A DNA stretch of 64,000 bases from Patescibacteria group bacterium (GCA_042568285.1 JBHPIX010000001.1:539-64538); one strand, 5' to 3'; positions 47,147 to 57,158 are shown, counted from the stretch's first letter. A program made the numbers and translations. Notes: a model not told the origin generated them from the letters alone.

Positions 47147-49747
47147 ATGCAAAAAAAACTTTTCTCAATCATACTAATTTCTTTTTGTATGATTTTTTGC
47201 GTTGGAACTATAAAAGCGCAGGAAATTGTCGCTGATGAAGCGAATTTAGATATTACTGTTGAGCAAAATGAAACTGCGCAGGAAGATGCTGGAATGACAG
47301 CTGAAACAGAAGCAACTGAAACCGCAGACACGACAACAGGCATGGCAGAAGAAACAACTGGCGCGACAGAAGCTCCATCTTCAGAACAAGTAGCGGCAGA
47401 AGTAAAAGAAATGACTGAAGACATTGAAGCGCAGGCTATAGTTGACGGTGATGTGAACATAGAAGCTGAAGATTTTGGCATCTCTGAACCTACTATGCTT
47501 CCTGATAGTCCATGGTATTTTACAAAAAGTTTATGGCGCGGAGTAAAATCAGCTGTAACATTTAATCCAATCAAAAAAGCTGAATTAAAATTGCAATTTG
47601 CTAATGAAAAATTAATTGAGACAAAAAAATTAGCAGAAAAAACAGGAGCAACCGGCGCGATAGAAAATGCTCTTGAAAGTTATCAGAACGAAGTTGACAA
47701 AGTAAAAGAAAAAATTGATAATATTAAAGAAACAGTAAAAGAAAATCCTAATGTGGATAAATTTTTAGATAAATTAGCTGACCATCAAATAAAGCAAAAA
47801 AAACTTCTTGATAAGTTAGAAGAAAAAATGCCTGAAAAAACATTCGCGAAAATACAAGAAGCTAAAGATAATGTAATGGAAAATTTAGGCAATGCTTTAA
47901 ATAAATTGGATGATAGAAAAGAAAAAATAACTGAACGGTTAGAAAAAATTATTGAGAATCAAGATGGAAGCAAATTTAAAGATTTTAAAAATATAGAAAT
48001 TTTAAAAGAAATAGAGGATAGAGCTCCAGAAGAGGCGAAAGAAGCTATACAGAAAGCTCAAAAAAATACAATGGCAAATTTTCAAATACAAATGGGAAAG
48101 ATGGAAAATAAAAAAGAAGATTTAATGGAATTTCAAAAATATATAGGAGCTATAGGTGGTGATCAGACAAGGCATTTAGAAATATTAAATGATTTTAAAC
48201 AAGGAGAAAATGTTGGAGAGGGAATGGTTAATATAATTAATGAAGTAAAATTAAAACCACTTGCTAGATTAAGGTATGAATTAGAAACTTTGCCCAATGA
48301 AGAAGCTAGGGGACAATTTTTAAATAACTTGCAAGATGGAGAGATGGGAAAAATGCAGATTATGAAAGAAATTGAAAATAGTCTGCCGCCAGAGATGCAA
48401 AACAAAATAAAAATAATAAAAGAAAATGCGTTTAAAGTATTTGAAAATAAAATGAAAGATGTCATCAAAGATCCTGAAAGAAGAAAAGAATTTTTTGAAA
48501 ATATGCCTCCACCTCCGATTGAACAGCTTGAGATGATGGATGAGATGAAAGATTTTGTTACTCCTGAGAATATGGCTATGATACAGGAAATAAAAGAGAA
48601 ATCAATGGATAAATTTAAAGAAAAATTTGAAGAAATGGAAGGCGATCCTGAGCAGCAGAAAATGTTTATGAAAAAAATGATGGGCGCGCCTGCTCCAATG
48701 TTTATGGATGGTAATATGGATAGGCTGCGGGCGATGAAAGAAATGGAAAATAATCTTCCTGATGAAATACAGAAGAAAATGGAACCAATGAAAAATATGT
48801 TTATGGAAAATTTTCAAGATAAAATGGAAGATATAGAAAATAATCCTGAAAAGAGAAAAATATTTTTTGATAATACTATGAATCCTGACGCTAAACATTT
48901 TGAGGTTATGGAAGAATTAGATAATTATATGCCGTATGTAAAAGATGGATTTATGGAAGAAATGAAAGAAAAGGCGTTTGAAATGGTTGGCGAAGAATTA
49001 AAAAATATGGAAAATAATCCTGACCAAAAAGAGAAATTTATTGAAAGATTTGCAGGGGATGACATGCAACATTTTCAAGTTTTAGAGAGAGTTCAAGAAA
49101 AATTGCGTGAATTTTTGCCTGATCAGGCGAAAGCTCCCAATGTCTTGCAAGAAGTAATAGAAAGGCAGACTGAACGGATGAAAGAAAAAGCTCAATTTAT
49201 TGAAGATCCAGAAAGATTTCAAGATTTTAGAAAAGAATTAGAAACAGGAAATGTAAATTATAAATTAAAACAAGAATTAATGAAAGATATACCAAAAGAA
49301 ATGCCAATTAAACCTTTTATCCCGCCAACATCACAGGAAACAATGCCATTTAAAAAAATAATGGAAAGAATTGAAAATATAAAAGAGGAAGCTATAAATT
49401 CACCAAAAGATAGAATGCCATTTAAAGAAGCATTTAATGGTGATGAGAATACTGGAGAGGAAAATTCAAATGTTGATATGTTTAATAAACAGATGGAAAA
49501 TTTTGGATTTAAAAAAGAGAATAACGAAATAGATTTTTCTAAATTAAAACAAGACGATTCTGTAAAAAATAATGCGCCTGAACCTGTGAAACAGCCTGCG
49601 CGGACTGAACCTTATCAGCAGAGAGAACAAGAAAGAACGCAAGCTGCTCAGCCGCTAAATCAGCCGAAATACTCTGAACCTGCGCCAGTAGAGCCAAAAC
49701 CAGCGCAACAGCAGGAATCGAAAAATTATGTTCCTGAACCAAACTAA
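47147..49747 (+). CDS. DUF5667-like secreted protein with long Met/Glu/Lys-rich repeats and Pro/Gln-rich C-terminus
   Basis: signal peptide; LPDSPWYFTKSLWRGVK N-terminal signature recalled for DUF5667 (Patescibacteria); repeated MENNPEKRKIFFDN-type modules. Confidence 0.5.
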   Translation: MQKKLFSIILISFCMIFCVGTIKAQEIVADEANLDITVEQNETAQEDAGMTAETEATETADTTTGMAEETTGATEAPSSEQVAAEVKEMTEDIEAQAIVDGDVNIEAEDFGISEPTMLPDSPWYFTKSLWRGVKSAVTFNPIKKAELKLQFANEKLIETKKLAEKTGATGAIENALESYQNEVDKVKEKIDNIKETVKENPNVDKFLDKLADHQIKQKKLLDKLEEKMPEKTFAKIQEAKDNVMENLGNALNKLDDRKEKITERLEKIIENQDGSKFKDFKNIEILKEIEDRAPEEAKEAIQKAQKNTMANFQIQMGKMENKKEDLMEFQKYIGAIGGDQTRHLEILNDFKQGENVGEGMVNIINEVKLKPLARLRYELETLPNEEARGQFLNNLQDGEMGKMQIMKEIENSLPPEMQNKIKIIKENAFKVFENKMKDVIKDPERRKEFFENMPPPPIEQLEMMDEMKDFVTPENMAMIQEIKEKSMDKFKEKFEEMEGDPEQQKMFMKKMMGAPAPMFMDGNMDRLRAMKEMENNLPDEIQKKMEPMKNMFMENFQDKMEDIENNPEKRKIFFDNTMNPDAKHFEVMEELDNYMPYVKDGFMEEMKEKAFEMVGEELKNMENNPDQKEKFIERFAGDDMQHFQVLERVQEKLREFLPDQAKAPNVLQEVIERQTERMKEKAQFIEDPERFQDFRKELETGNVNYKLKQELMKDIPKEMPIKPFIPPTSQETMPFKKIMERIENIKEEAINSPKDRMPFKEAFNGDENTGEENSNVDMFNKQMENFGFKKENNEIDFSKLKQDDSVKNNAPEPVKQPARTEPYQQREQERTQAAQPLNQPKYSEPAPVEPKPAQQQESKNYVPEPN

Positions 49748-49751
49748 AAAA

Positions 49752-49813
49752 TGTCATCCCGCGCTTGACGCGGGATCCATGAATTTAGATCCCGCGTCAA
49801 GCGCGGGATGACA
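49752..49813. repeat. R-family double hairpin abutting the stop codon of the preceding gene
   Basis: tgtcatcccgcgcttgacgcgggatcc...gatcccgcgtcaagcgcgggatgaca. Confidence 0.7.
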
Positions 49814-50018
49814 AAAAGGATTTTTATTGCATTTTGAGCGAAACGTCGCCTTTTGTCATATACCAAAAAGCGTCTAAATGGGCGCTTTTTTTGTGCCATT
49901 GACAAATTATCCTTAATATGCTAATTTATAATATTGCTAATTGACAACTAAACAACCGTCCGATTTCGGACTATATTAACAATTTTTTGCCAAATATGAT
50001 GGCGAGGAGGAAGAAAAG

Positions 50019-50588
50019 ATGAAAGAAGAATTAGTAAAAAAAGAATCAAAAAAACAGGAATCAGCGTTTTCTTATAATGTAGAGCCGTATATATTATATA
50101 AAGCTATAAGAGTTTTTCATAATCAAAATAATATTCTAATCAATGCGCCTGATCTAAAGTTTCTTGGAACATCAATAGACCAAAAATTTTATAAATATAA
50201 TGATGAGTGTCCTTGTGGAATATTATTGACCTGCTTAGGAATGGAAAAAGCTGTGAAGAAAGATCTTATAGCTGTTGTCTATTCTGAAATAGTGGAAGGA
50301 TATAAATATAAGCAAGCTTGCTTTATAGAAGTAATAGTTGATCGTTTTGATTTAGCGATGAATCTGGCGAAAATTAATAATTATGAGATGAGTGCGGTGA
50401 AAACGAACATAAATATCAATATTCCTTTTATTCCTCAACCAGAAGATAATATTATAATAGATTATGATGATGCCATAATATTCTATAGGGAGGGAGAGAA
50501 GTTTTCCACTGAGTATATCGCACCAGAAAAGGCGGTTCTGTTTTTAAAATTTTATTTAAACCATATAACAGAAGAAGAGTTAGAATAA
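50019..50588 (+). CDS. hypothetical protein (189 aa)
   Basis: ORF with terminator downstream. Confidence 0.35.
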   Translation: MKEELVKKESKKQESAFSYNVEPYILYKAIRVFHNQNNILINAPDLKFLGTSIDQKFYKYNDECPCGILLTCLGMEKAVKKDLIAVVYSEIVEGYKYKQACFIEVIVDRFDLAMNLAKINNYEMSAVKTNININIPFIPQPEDNIIIDYDDAIIFYREGEKFSTEYIAPEKAVLFLKFYLNHITEEELE

Positions 50589-50695
50589 TAGTTATGAAAA
50601 ATTAAAAAAATAATGAACATCGAACATTTCACAGGGAAGAAGAAAAAAACAGCACAAATTAAGCGCTGTTTTTTCTTTGACAATATTTTTCTAAA

Positions 50696-50920
50696 ATGGT
50701 ATTATATAAGTATATGTTATCTACTGAACAGCTCAAAATAATTTCTAATTTTTTATCTGATAGCGCTAAAATTATATTCGGATCAATGGTAATAGGAATT
50801 TTTGTGCCAAGCGCGTCTGGAGAAACGCCATGGGCTACATTTATAATGGGATTAACATTAACAATAGCATTTTTGATTTCAGCTATAATTTTATCAAAAC
50901 CATCAAAAAAAACTTTATGA
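50696..50920 (+). CDS. small two-TM membrane protein
   Basis: hydrophobic helices. Confidence 0.3.
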   Translation: MVLYKYMLSTEQLKIISNFLSDSAKIIFGSMVIGIFVPSASGETPWATFIMGLTLTIAFLISAIILSKPSKKTL

Positions 50921-51117
50921 ATCTTCTAACTTTTTATATCGCTGCTGGAATTTTACTCTTGATAATTATTACAGGGGTAATACTTGCTCAGCGAAAATAA
51001 ATATGAATTTAAGTATTCCAGTTTACATCGCAGGAGTAATCCTTCTCGCTGATCTTATCGGCATTCTTTATCTTAATAAATATATTACAAAATAAGCATC
51101 TTGATTTGCACCGAAGA

Positions 51118-51149
51118 AAAAAAACAGCGCCGAACACGCGCTGTTTTTT
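51118..51149 (+). terminator. rho-independent terminator (aacagcgccgaacacgcgctgtttttt)
   Basis: stem + T-run. Confidence 0.6.
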
Positions 51150-51180
51150 ATTAGACATTTCTTCCAAAATCTGTTTAACT

Positions 51181-51230
51181 TATAATAGTATATCCGTGTT
51201 CATCCGTAACTAATCCGTGTCAATCCGTTT
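51181..51230. repeat. short motif atccgtgttcatccgtaactaatccgtgtcaatccgt, also at 35093-35140
   Basis: two ~45-nt copies sharing atccgtgt.catccgt..ctaatc.gtgtc.atccgt. Confidence 0.5.
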
Positions 51231-51281
51231 TTCACTGTCAAAATACGCCAGAAAATCTATAAATTAAACAAACATATCTCT

Positions 51282-52787
51282 ATGCAAAATTATTATATAA
51301 CTACATACGGATGCCAGATGAATAAAAGCGACAGCGAACGAATTGCAACTGTTTTAGAAAATGTTGGATATAAAGTATGTTCAAAAGAAGAAGATGCTGA
51401 TTTAATAGTGGTAGTTTCCTGCTCTGTTAGACAAACTGCTGTTGATAGAATTTACGGAAGGGGAGTAAAGTATAAAAAATTAGAAAAGGAAAATCCTAAT
51501 TTGAAAACAATTTTAACTGGATGTCTTTTAGATGAAGACAAGAAAAAATTAGCAGATAAGTTTGATGTGATCTGTGATATAAGAGAGATAGAAAAAATAT
51601 CAGACTTAATAAAATGCAAGAAAATTGTCATCCCGCGCTTGACGCGGGATCCAGAATTTACTAAATTTTGTTTAAATAACTGGATTCCGCCAGTCTCGAC
51701 TATCCCGTCTCGCACTCGGCGATCCGAGGCGGAGTCGAGCCTAGGCGGACATCAAGTGCCGTGCCTACCCTGCCTACCGGACAGGCAGGCGGCAGGCAGG
51801 CGGAATGACAAAAAGGTGATTGATTGCGTTTTTAGACAGTCTGAACCGATCGATTCCATACATAACAAGAAAAAATTAGATTACTCATACCTCTCAATTC
51901 CACCAAAACACTCCTCGCTATTCAAGGCATACATTCCAATAATGACAGGATGTAATAATTTTTGCTCATACTGCGTTGTTCCATATACAAGAGGTAGAGA
52001 ATACTCGCGTCCCGCTGATGAAATTTTAAACGAAGCGCGCCAGTTAATCCAAAATGGCTACAAAGAAATCACGCTAATCGGGCAGAATGTTAATAGTTAT
52101 AATGGAAAAATAAACTTCCCATCCCTCCTTCGCGAAATAAATTTTATCCCGGGAGATTTTTGGATTAGATTTGCCACAAGTCATCCAAAAGATATGAGTG
52201 ACGAACTGATAACCACTATATCAGAATGTGAAAAAATAACTCCATACATACATTTGCCAATTCAATCTGGAAGCGATAAAATTCTTAAAGCAATGAATCG
52301 TAAATATACAAAAAATCATTATCTAAATTTAATAAAAAAAATAAAGTCTAAAATTCCTAATGTAATGCTATCAACAGATATTATAGTAGGATTTCCTAAT
52401 GAGACAGAAGCAGATTTTAATGAAACTGTTGATGTATTTAAAAAAGTGAAATATTCTATGGCATATATTGCTAAATATTCTACTCGTAAAGGTACTGTCG
52501 CTGGCTCTTTAGCGGACAATGTTACGCAAGAAGAAAAAGCTAGGCGAGAAAATGTTTTAACTGACATTTTAAAACAAACTGCTTTAGAAAATAATAAAAA
52601 ATTTATAGGTAAAACTGTAAAAGTGTTAATTGAAAAAAAATTTGGGAATTACTATATTGGAAAAACTGATCAATTTATAAATGTAAAAGTAGATCTATCT
52701 GAAAGGCGAGATGCGCAAGTATCATCTGTCGTATTCATAAACTGCAAAATTATGAAAGTTGCTTCATTTGGCATGGAAGCGAAGTAA
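51282..52787 (+). CDS. MiaB/RimO-family radical-SAM methylthiotransferase carrying a ~60-aa repeat-encoded insertion
   Basis: N-terminal MTTase YGCQMN, radical-SAM CNNFCSYC, TRAM-like C-terminus; insertion between MTTase and radical-SAM domains. Confidence 0.8.
   Translation: MQNYYITTYGCQMNKSDSERIATVLENVGYKVCSKEEDADLIVVVSCSVRQTAVDRIYGRGVKYKKLEKENPNLKTILTGCLLDEDKKKLADKFDVICDIREIEKISDLIKCKKIVIPRLTRDPEFTKFCLNNWIPPVSTIPSRTRRSEAESSLGGHQVPCLPCLPDRQAAGRRNDKKVIDCVFRQSEPIDSIHNKKKLDYSYLSIPPKHSSLFKAYIPIMTGCNNFCSYCVVPYTRGREYSRPADEILNEARQLIQNGYKEITLIGQNVNSYNGKINFPSLLREINFIPGDFWIRFATSHPKDMSDELITTISECEKITPYIHLPIQSGSDKILKAMNRKYTKNHYLNLIKKIKSKIPNVMLSTDIIVGFPNETEADFNETVDVFKKVKYSMAYIAKYSTRKGTVAGSLADNVTQEEKARRENVLTDILKQTALENNKKFIGKTVKVLIEKKFGNYYIGKTDQFINVKVDLSERRDAQVSSVVFINCKIMKVASFGMEAK
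51626..51810. repeat. R-family composite repeat inserted in-frame in the MiaB-like CDS
   Basis: encodes VIPRLTRDPE..NWIPPVSTIPSRTRRSEAESSLGGHQ.. identical to the segment in the giant protein. Confidence 0.8.
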
Positions 52788-52791
52788 AACA

Positions 52792-52828
52792 AAAAACGAA
52801 TATTTTTGCGAATATTCGTTTTTTTATT
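52792..52828. terminator. bidirectional terminator (aaaacgaatatttttgcgaatattcgttttttt)
   Basis: 12-bp stem with A/T runs. Confidence 0.65.
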
Positions 52829-52842
52829 GAGTGTCATTTAGT

Positions 52843-53268
52843 TTATGATATGCCCGTAGTAGCGCGAATTAAATTTTCTAAAACGAAATATGTTATAGCG
52901 TAAGAAGATATAATTATAATTACTCCGATAATACCGTTAGTGATAATGCTCTTCGCGCGAGTGACTTGTTCTTCGTTTCCTCCAGCTGTCATCCATAGAA
53001 ATCCGCCATATAGAGTTAGAACTAAAAATATAATGCCTAGGAATGAAAGGATATATTTTATGATTTCAGCAATTATTTGCGTAACAGATTTTTGTGGAGT
53101 TTCACTTCCATAAACAGTATATCCAATGTCTTCTAATCCACCTTCTTTAATTTCATCAAACATAGACGCTTGCGCTGTATGAATTAGAGAAGTAGAATAC
53201 ACCAATCCGTAGCAGAAAGATGAGATTAAAAAGAGGGAAATGAGTGAGATGAAAATTTTTTTTTGCAT
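52843..53268 (-). CDS. TrbC/VirB2-like pilin-type membrane protein (tentative)
   Basis: signal peptide, two hydrophobic helices separated by short loop. Confidence 0.3.
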   Translation of the reverse strand: MQKKIFISLISLFLISSFCYGLVYSTSLIHTAQASMFDEIKEGGLEDIGYTVYGSETPQKSVTQIIAEIIKYILSFLGIIFLVLTLYGGFLWMTAGGNEEQVTRAKSIITNGIIGVIIIISSYAITYFVLENLIRATTGIS

Positions 53269-53393
53269 AGAATTAAATTTATTTAATTAAATCTATAATA
53301 TTATAAGTATAGCAGAAAAGTGATTTATAGGCAATACATTATATTATTTGATGTTATATTTTTTTTATGATAAAGTATATTGTATATATTGAT

Positions 53394-53420
53394 TAGATCC
53401 CGCATCAAGTGCGGGATGAC
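53394..53420. repeat. R-family hairpin (agatcccgcatcaagtgcgggatgaca) overlapping the 5' end of the activase ORF
   Basis: translates as SRIKCGMTY in track ORF. Confidence 0.65.
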
Positions 53421-53436
53421 ATACCTATTTATGCAA

Positions 53437-54237
53437 ATTGCGGGACTGCAAAAAATTAGTTTGCTGGATTATCCAGATAAAATATCTTCGGTTGTTTTTA
53501 CGCAAGGATGTAATTTTATATGTCCGTTTTGCCATAATCCAGAACTTACTGGAATGAGGGGGAGTTCATTGAATGCATCGCATAACCCCCCCTTAATCCC
53601 CCCCTTACTAAGGGGGGGAGCGGAGAAGTTAATCTCCCCATTGGTAAGTGGGGAAGCTGATCATTTATATATAAATGAAAAAGATTTTTTCAAGCATTTA
53701 GATGAGAGAAAAGGTTTTATAGATGGAGTATGTATAACTGGAGGTGAGCCTTTGATGCAAAAAGATATTGCTGATTTTATAAAAAAAGTTAAAGAAAGGG
53801 GATTGTTAGTTAAGTTGGACACTAATGGATCTTATCCAGATAAGTTGCGAAATTTAATAAAACAAAAAATATTGGATTATATAGCAATGGACATAAAAAA
53901 TACATTTTCTAATAAATATAGCGAAGCATCTGGCGTTAATGTTGATTTAAATCAAATTAAAAAAAGTATAAAATTAATAATGGATAGTGGTTTAGGTTAT
54001 GAATTTAGGACAACAGTAGTTAAAGAATTGCATAAAAAAGAAAATATTTTGGAAATAGCTGAATATATAAATGGCGCGCGAAAATATGTCTTGCAAAAAT
54101 TTGAAATTAGAGATAAAATAATGGATAGGAGCTTTATTAATTATTCAAGTATAACAACAGAGGAGGCATTAGAGTTAAAAAAGGAATGTAGTCAATTTGT
54201 TGAAAAAGTTGAACTTAGGGGATGGGGGGAGTCTTAA
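53437..54237 (+). CDS. nrdG: radical-SAM activating enzyme (anaerobic RNR activase NrdG-like)
   Basis: LLDYPDKISSVVFTQGCNFICPFCHNPE radical-SAM CxxxCxxC; likely start MQIAGLQK (track ORF 53380 starts inside a repeat). Confidence 0.6.
   Translation: MAGLQKISLLDYPDKISSVVFTQGCNFICPFCHNPELTGMRGSSLNASHNPPLIPPLLRGGAEKLISPLVSGEADHLYINEKDFFKHLDERKGFIDGVCITGGEPLMQKDIADFIKKVKERGLLVKLDTNGSYPDKLRNLIKQKILDYIAMDIKNTFSNKYSEASGVNVDLNQIKKSIKLIMDSGLGYEFRTTVVKELHKKENILEIAEYINGARKYVLQKFEIRDKIMDRSFINYSSITTEEALELKKECSQFVEKVELRGWGES
53571..53660. repeat. GC-rich hairpin element embedded in-frame in the activase CDS
   Basis: cataacccccccttaatccccccc-ttactaa-gggggggag translated as HNPPLIPPLLRGGAEK. Confidence 0.6.
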
Positions 54238-54296
54238 TTTCAAATTTCAAATTTTAAATAAAATATTAAATATTAAAAAATATACTTACAAAAAAT

Positions 54297-54554
54297 ATGG
54301 AAAATAATAATGAAGAAATAAAAAAAATGCTGGCAGAAAATTTAGAACAGTCAAAAAATATTTTAAAATGCGTTAAGTCAACTCGTAAAATTATGATGTT
54401 TGACCAAATTATGGGTGTTCTCAAAATTGTTATAATAATTGTGCCATTAATTCTAGGTTTCCTTTATTTAGGTCCTTTTATTAAAAAATCAATGGGCATT
54501 TATTCTGAGATAATGGGAGAGCAGGGAATAAATATTGAAAATCTATTGAAGTAA
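54297..54554 (+). CDS. small membrane protein
   Basis: one TM helix. Confidence 0.3.
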   Translation: MENNNEEIKKMLAENLEQSKNILKCVKSTRKIMMFDQIMGVLKIVIIIVPLILGFLYLGPFIKKSMGIYSEIMGEQGINIENLLK

Positions 54555-54558
54555 TCAC

Positions 54559-54596
54559 TTACACACCCCTAACCCCTCTTAGTAGAGGGGAACTAT
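54559..54596. repeat. GC-rich hairpin element (acacacccctaacccctct-tagt-agaggggaactat)
   Basis: canonical family copy 7 nt upstream of start. Confidence 0.65.
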
Positions 54597-54602
54597 AAAT
54601 AT

Positions 54603-55895
54603 ATGGAATTTAAAAATTCAAAAATGAATATGAATAATTATTTAAATCAATCTGAAAAAAATAATACGCAAGGTAAAAAGAGACTAGTTTTTTTAATAAG
54701 TGTATTATTTTTAGTTGGAATTGGAATTATTGTTTCATTATTTTTTTGGTCTGGTAATATAAATTTTAAAAATATTTTTCCTTCATCTGTATCTTGTCTT
54801 TCAAAAAAAGAAAATAATTCATCTAAACAGATTGTGGTTGAAGAAGAGTCTGCGACGATATCGGCAGTTCAAAAAGTATCTCCATCCGTTGTTAGTATAA
54901 TTGTTAGCAAGGATTTGAATAATTTATATAATATAACTGGTCCTGGAATATTTCCGTTTAATGATTTTTTTGGTTTTGATGTTCCTAATTATGAAGAGCC
55001 TGAGAATGAAGAGTCTAAAAATGGCAAACAAAAAGTAGGTGGTGGCACTGGTTTTATTATTTCTGATGATGGTTTAATTTTAACAAATAAGCATGTTGTT
55101 TCTGATGATGAAGCAGAATATACAGTTATTACTAATACTGGAAAAGAATATGAAGCAAAAGTTTTAGCAAGTGATTTTTTAAATGACATAGCTATTCTGA
55201 AAATTGAAGAGAAGGGAATGCCAGTAGTTGAATTAGGCGATTCAGATTCTTTACAATTAGGGCAAACTGTTATTGCAATAGGTAATAGTTTGGCTGAATA
55301 TAGCAACACTGTTACTAAAGGTGTTGTGAGCGGTATAGGAAGAAAAGTAGAGGCAGGTAATGGGAGAGGGGCAAGTGAAGTTTTAGAAGAAGCTATACAA
55401 ACTGACGCAGCTATAAATCCTGGCAATTCAGGAGGGCCTTTAAGTAATTTGTCAGGACAAGTTATAGGTATTAACACAGCTGTTAATATGTCGGGGCAAC
55501 TTATAGGGTTTGCTATTCCTATAAATCAAGCAAAACGGATTATAGAAAGTGTAAAAAAATATGGCAAAATTATCAGGCCATTTTTAGGAGTCAGATATAT
55601 ATTGCTTAATAAACAAATTGCGAAAGAAAATAATTTAGATGTTGATTATGGGGCATTAATTATTCGTGGAATGAGTCAAACAGATTTAGCTGTTATTCCT
55701 GGCAGTCCTGCTGACAAAGCTGATTTAAAAGAAAATGACATTATAATTGAAATTAATGGGCAGAAAATTGACAGTGATCATAGCTTGGCAAAGGAGCTAT
55801 CAAATTATAATCCGAAAGATGAAATTGAATTAAAAGTTTTACATAAAGGCAACGAAAAAATGGTAAAAGTCATTTTAGATGAATATGAAAATTAG
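54603..55895 (+). CDS. htrA: HtrA/DegP-family trypsin-like serine protease with PDZ domain
   Basis: TNKHVV His, DIAILKI Asp, GNSGGPL Ser triad; C-terminal PDZ. Confidence 0.85.
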   Translation: MEFKNSKMNMNNYLNQSEKNNTQGKKRLVFLISVLFLVGIGIIVSLFFWSGNINFKNIFPSSVSCLSKKENNSSKQIVVEEESATISAVQKVSPSVVSIIVSKDLNNLYNITGPGIFPFNDFFGFDVPNYEEPENEESKNGKQKVGGGTGFIISDDGLILTNKHVVSDDEAEYTVITNTGKEYEAKVLASDFLNDIAILKIEEKGMPVVELGDSDSLQLGQTVIAIGNSLAEYSNTVTKGVVSGIGRKVEAGNGRGASEVLEEAIQTDAAINPGNSGGPLSNLSGQVIGINTAVNMSGQLIGFAIPINQAKRIIESVKKYGKIIRPFLGVRYILLNKQIAKENNLDVDYGALIIRGMSQTDLAVIPGSPADKADLKENDIIIEINGQKIDSDHSLAKELSNYNPKDEIELKVLHKGNEKMVKVILDEYEN

Positions 55896-55904
55896 AGATT
55901 ACTT

Positions 55905-56997
55905 ATGAAAGAACTTATAAATAAAATTAAAAATTTAGCCGACAAAATTGTCGAGGTCCGGGGGTTACTTTGACTTTGCTGAAAAGGAAAAGGAGATTAA
56001 AAATTTAAAATCAGAAATCGCTGTTCCAAGATTTTGGGATGATCAGAATAAGGCTAAGCAAATTACGCAAAAGTTAGCTGATTTAGAGAGAGAGGCGGAA
56101 GAGTGGAATGATTTTAAAAAAGAGACTAATGATTTGTTGGAATTATCTGAATTAGCAGAGAAAGATGCTGATTCTGACTTAGAGAAAGATATAGAATTGA
56201 AATTATCTAGTTTAGAGAAGAAATATGAAGAACTAGAATTTTTTGTATTATTCAATGGAAAATATGACAAGAATAATGCAATAATATCAATTCATGCTGG
56301 GACTGGTGGAGTTGACGCTCAAGATTGGGCTGAAATGCTTCTTAGAATGATTTTACGTTTTTGTGAGAATAAAAATTTAAAGACTAATATTATTAGTCAA
56401 GTTATGGGTTCAGAAGCTGGGATTAAGAATGTTACATTAGAAATTTTAGGCAGATATGCTTATGGATGGCTTAAATCAGAAGCAGGTGTCCATCGTTTAG
56501 TCCGTATTTCTCCTTTTGATGCTGAAAAGATGCGTCATACATCTTTTTCTTTAATTGAAGTTATTCCTGAATTGCCTGAAAATAATAGCATTGAAATAGC
56601 TCAAGAAGATTTGAGAATAGATACATTTATGTCTAGCGGGCATGGAGGGCAGAGTGTTAATACTACTTATTCTGCTGTGCGAATTGTTCATTTACCGACT
56701 AATATTACAGTAACATGCCAAAATGAAAGATCACAGCTACAGAATAAAGAAACAGCTTTAAAGATTTTAAGATCTAAATTAAATCAATTACAAGTTGAAC
56801 AGCGCGCAAAGGAAGTTAAAGATGTGAAAGGTGATTATATGAAAGCTCAGTGGGGGAACCAAATTAGATCTTATGTATTGCATCCTTATAAAATGGTTAA
56901 AGATCACCGAACAAAATTTGTGTTCAAAGAGCCTTATAAAGTTTTAGATGGAAATTTAGATGAATTTGTTAAAGAGTATCTGAAGATGGAAGTATAA
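55905..56997 (+). CDS. prfB: peptide chain release factor 2, requires +1 programmed frameshift at 55968-55974
   Basis: frame 0 MKELINKIKNLADKIVEVRGLL then CTT TGA C; +1 frame continues DFAEKEKE... with SPF (RISPFD) and GGQ (HGGQSVN) motifs. Confidence 0.85.
55959..55974 (+). promoter_or_regulatory. prfB autoregulatory +1 frameshift site (GGGGG-TTA-CTT-TGA-C)
   Basis: internal SD-like GGGGG 3 nt upstream of CTT-UGA-C shifty stop. Confidence 0.8.
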
Positions 56998-57017
56998 TAT
57001 ATAAATGTAATTGTCCA

Positions 57018-57130
57018 TGTCATCCCGCAAATTGTAGCAACAATTATGCGGGATCTATATAGGAAAATTATAGCAATTAGAAAGGAGCTTCTTATTGAAA
57101 ATTAGATCCCGCATCAAGTGCGGGATGACA
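57018..57130. repeat. R-family composite repeat
   Basis: gtcatcccgcaaattgtagcaacaattatgcgggat ... agatcccgcatcaagtgcgggatgaca. Confidence 0.7.
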
Positions 57131-57158
57131 TTTAATAAATTAGTATTAATTTAATCTA

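Noticed and set aside
47143-47574. 143-aa minus-strand ORF
   Set aside because: Antisense to the N-terminus of the DUF5667-like gene; Ala/Ser-rich low complexity.
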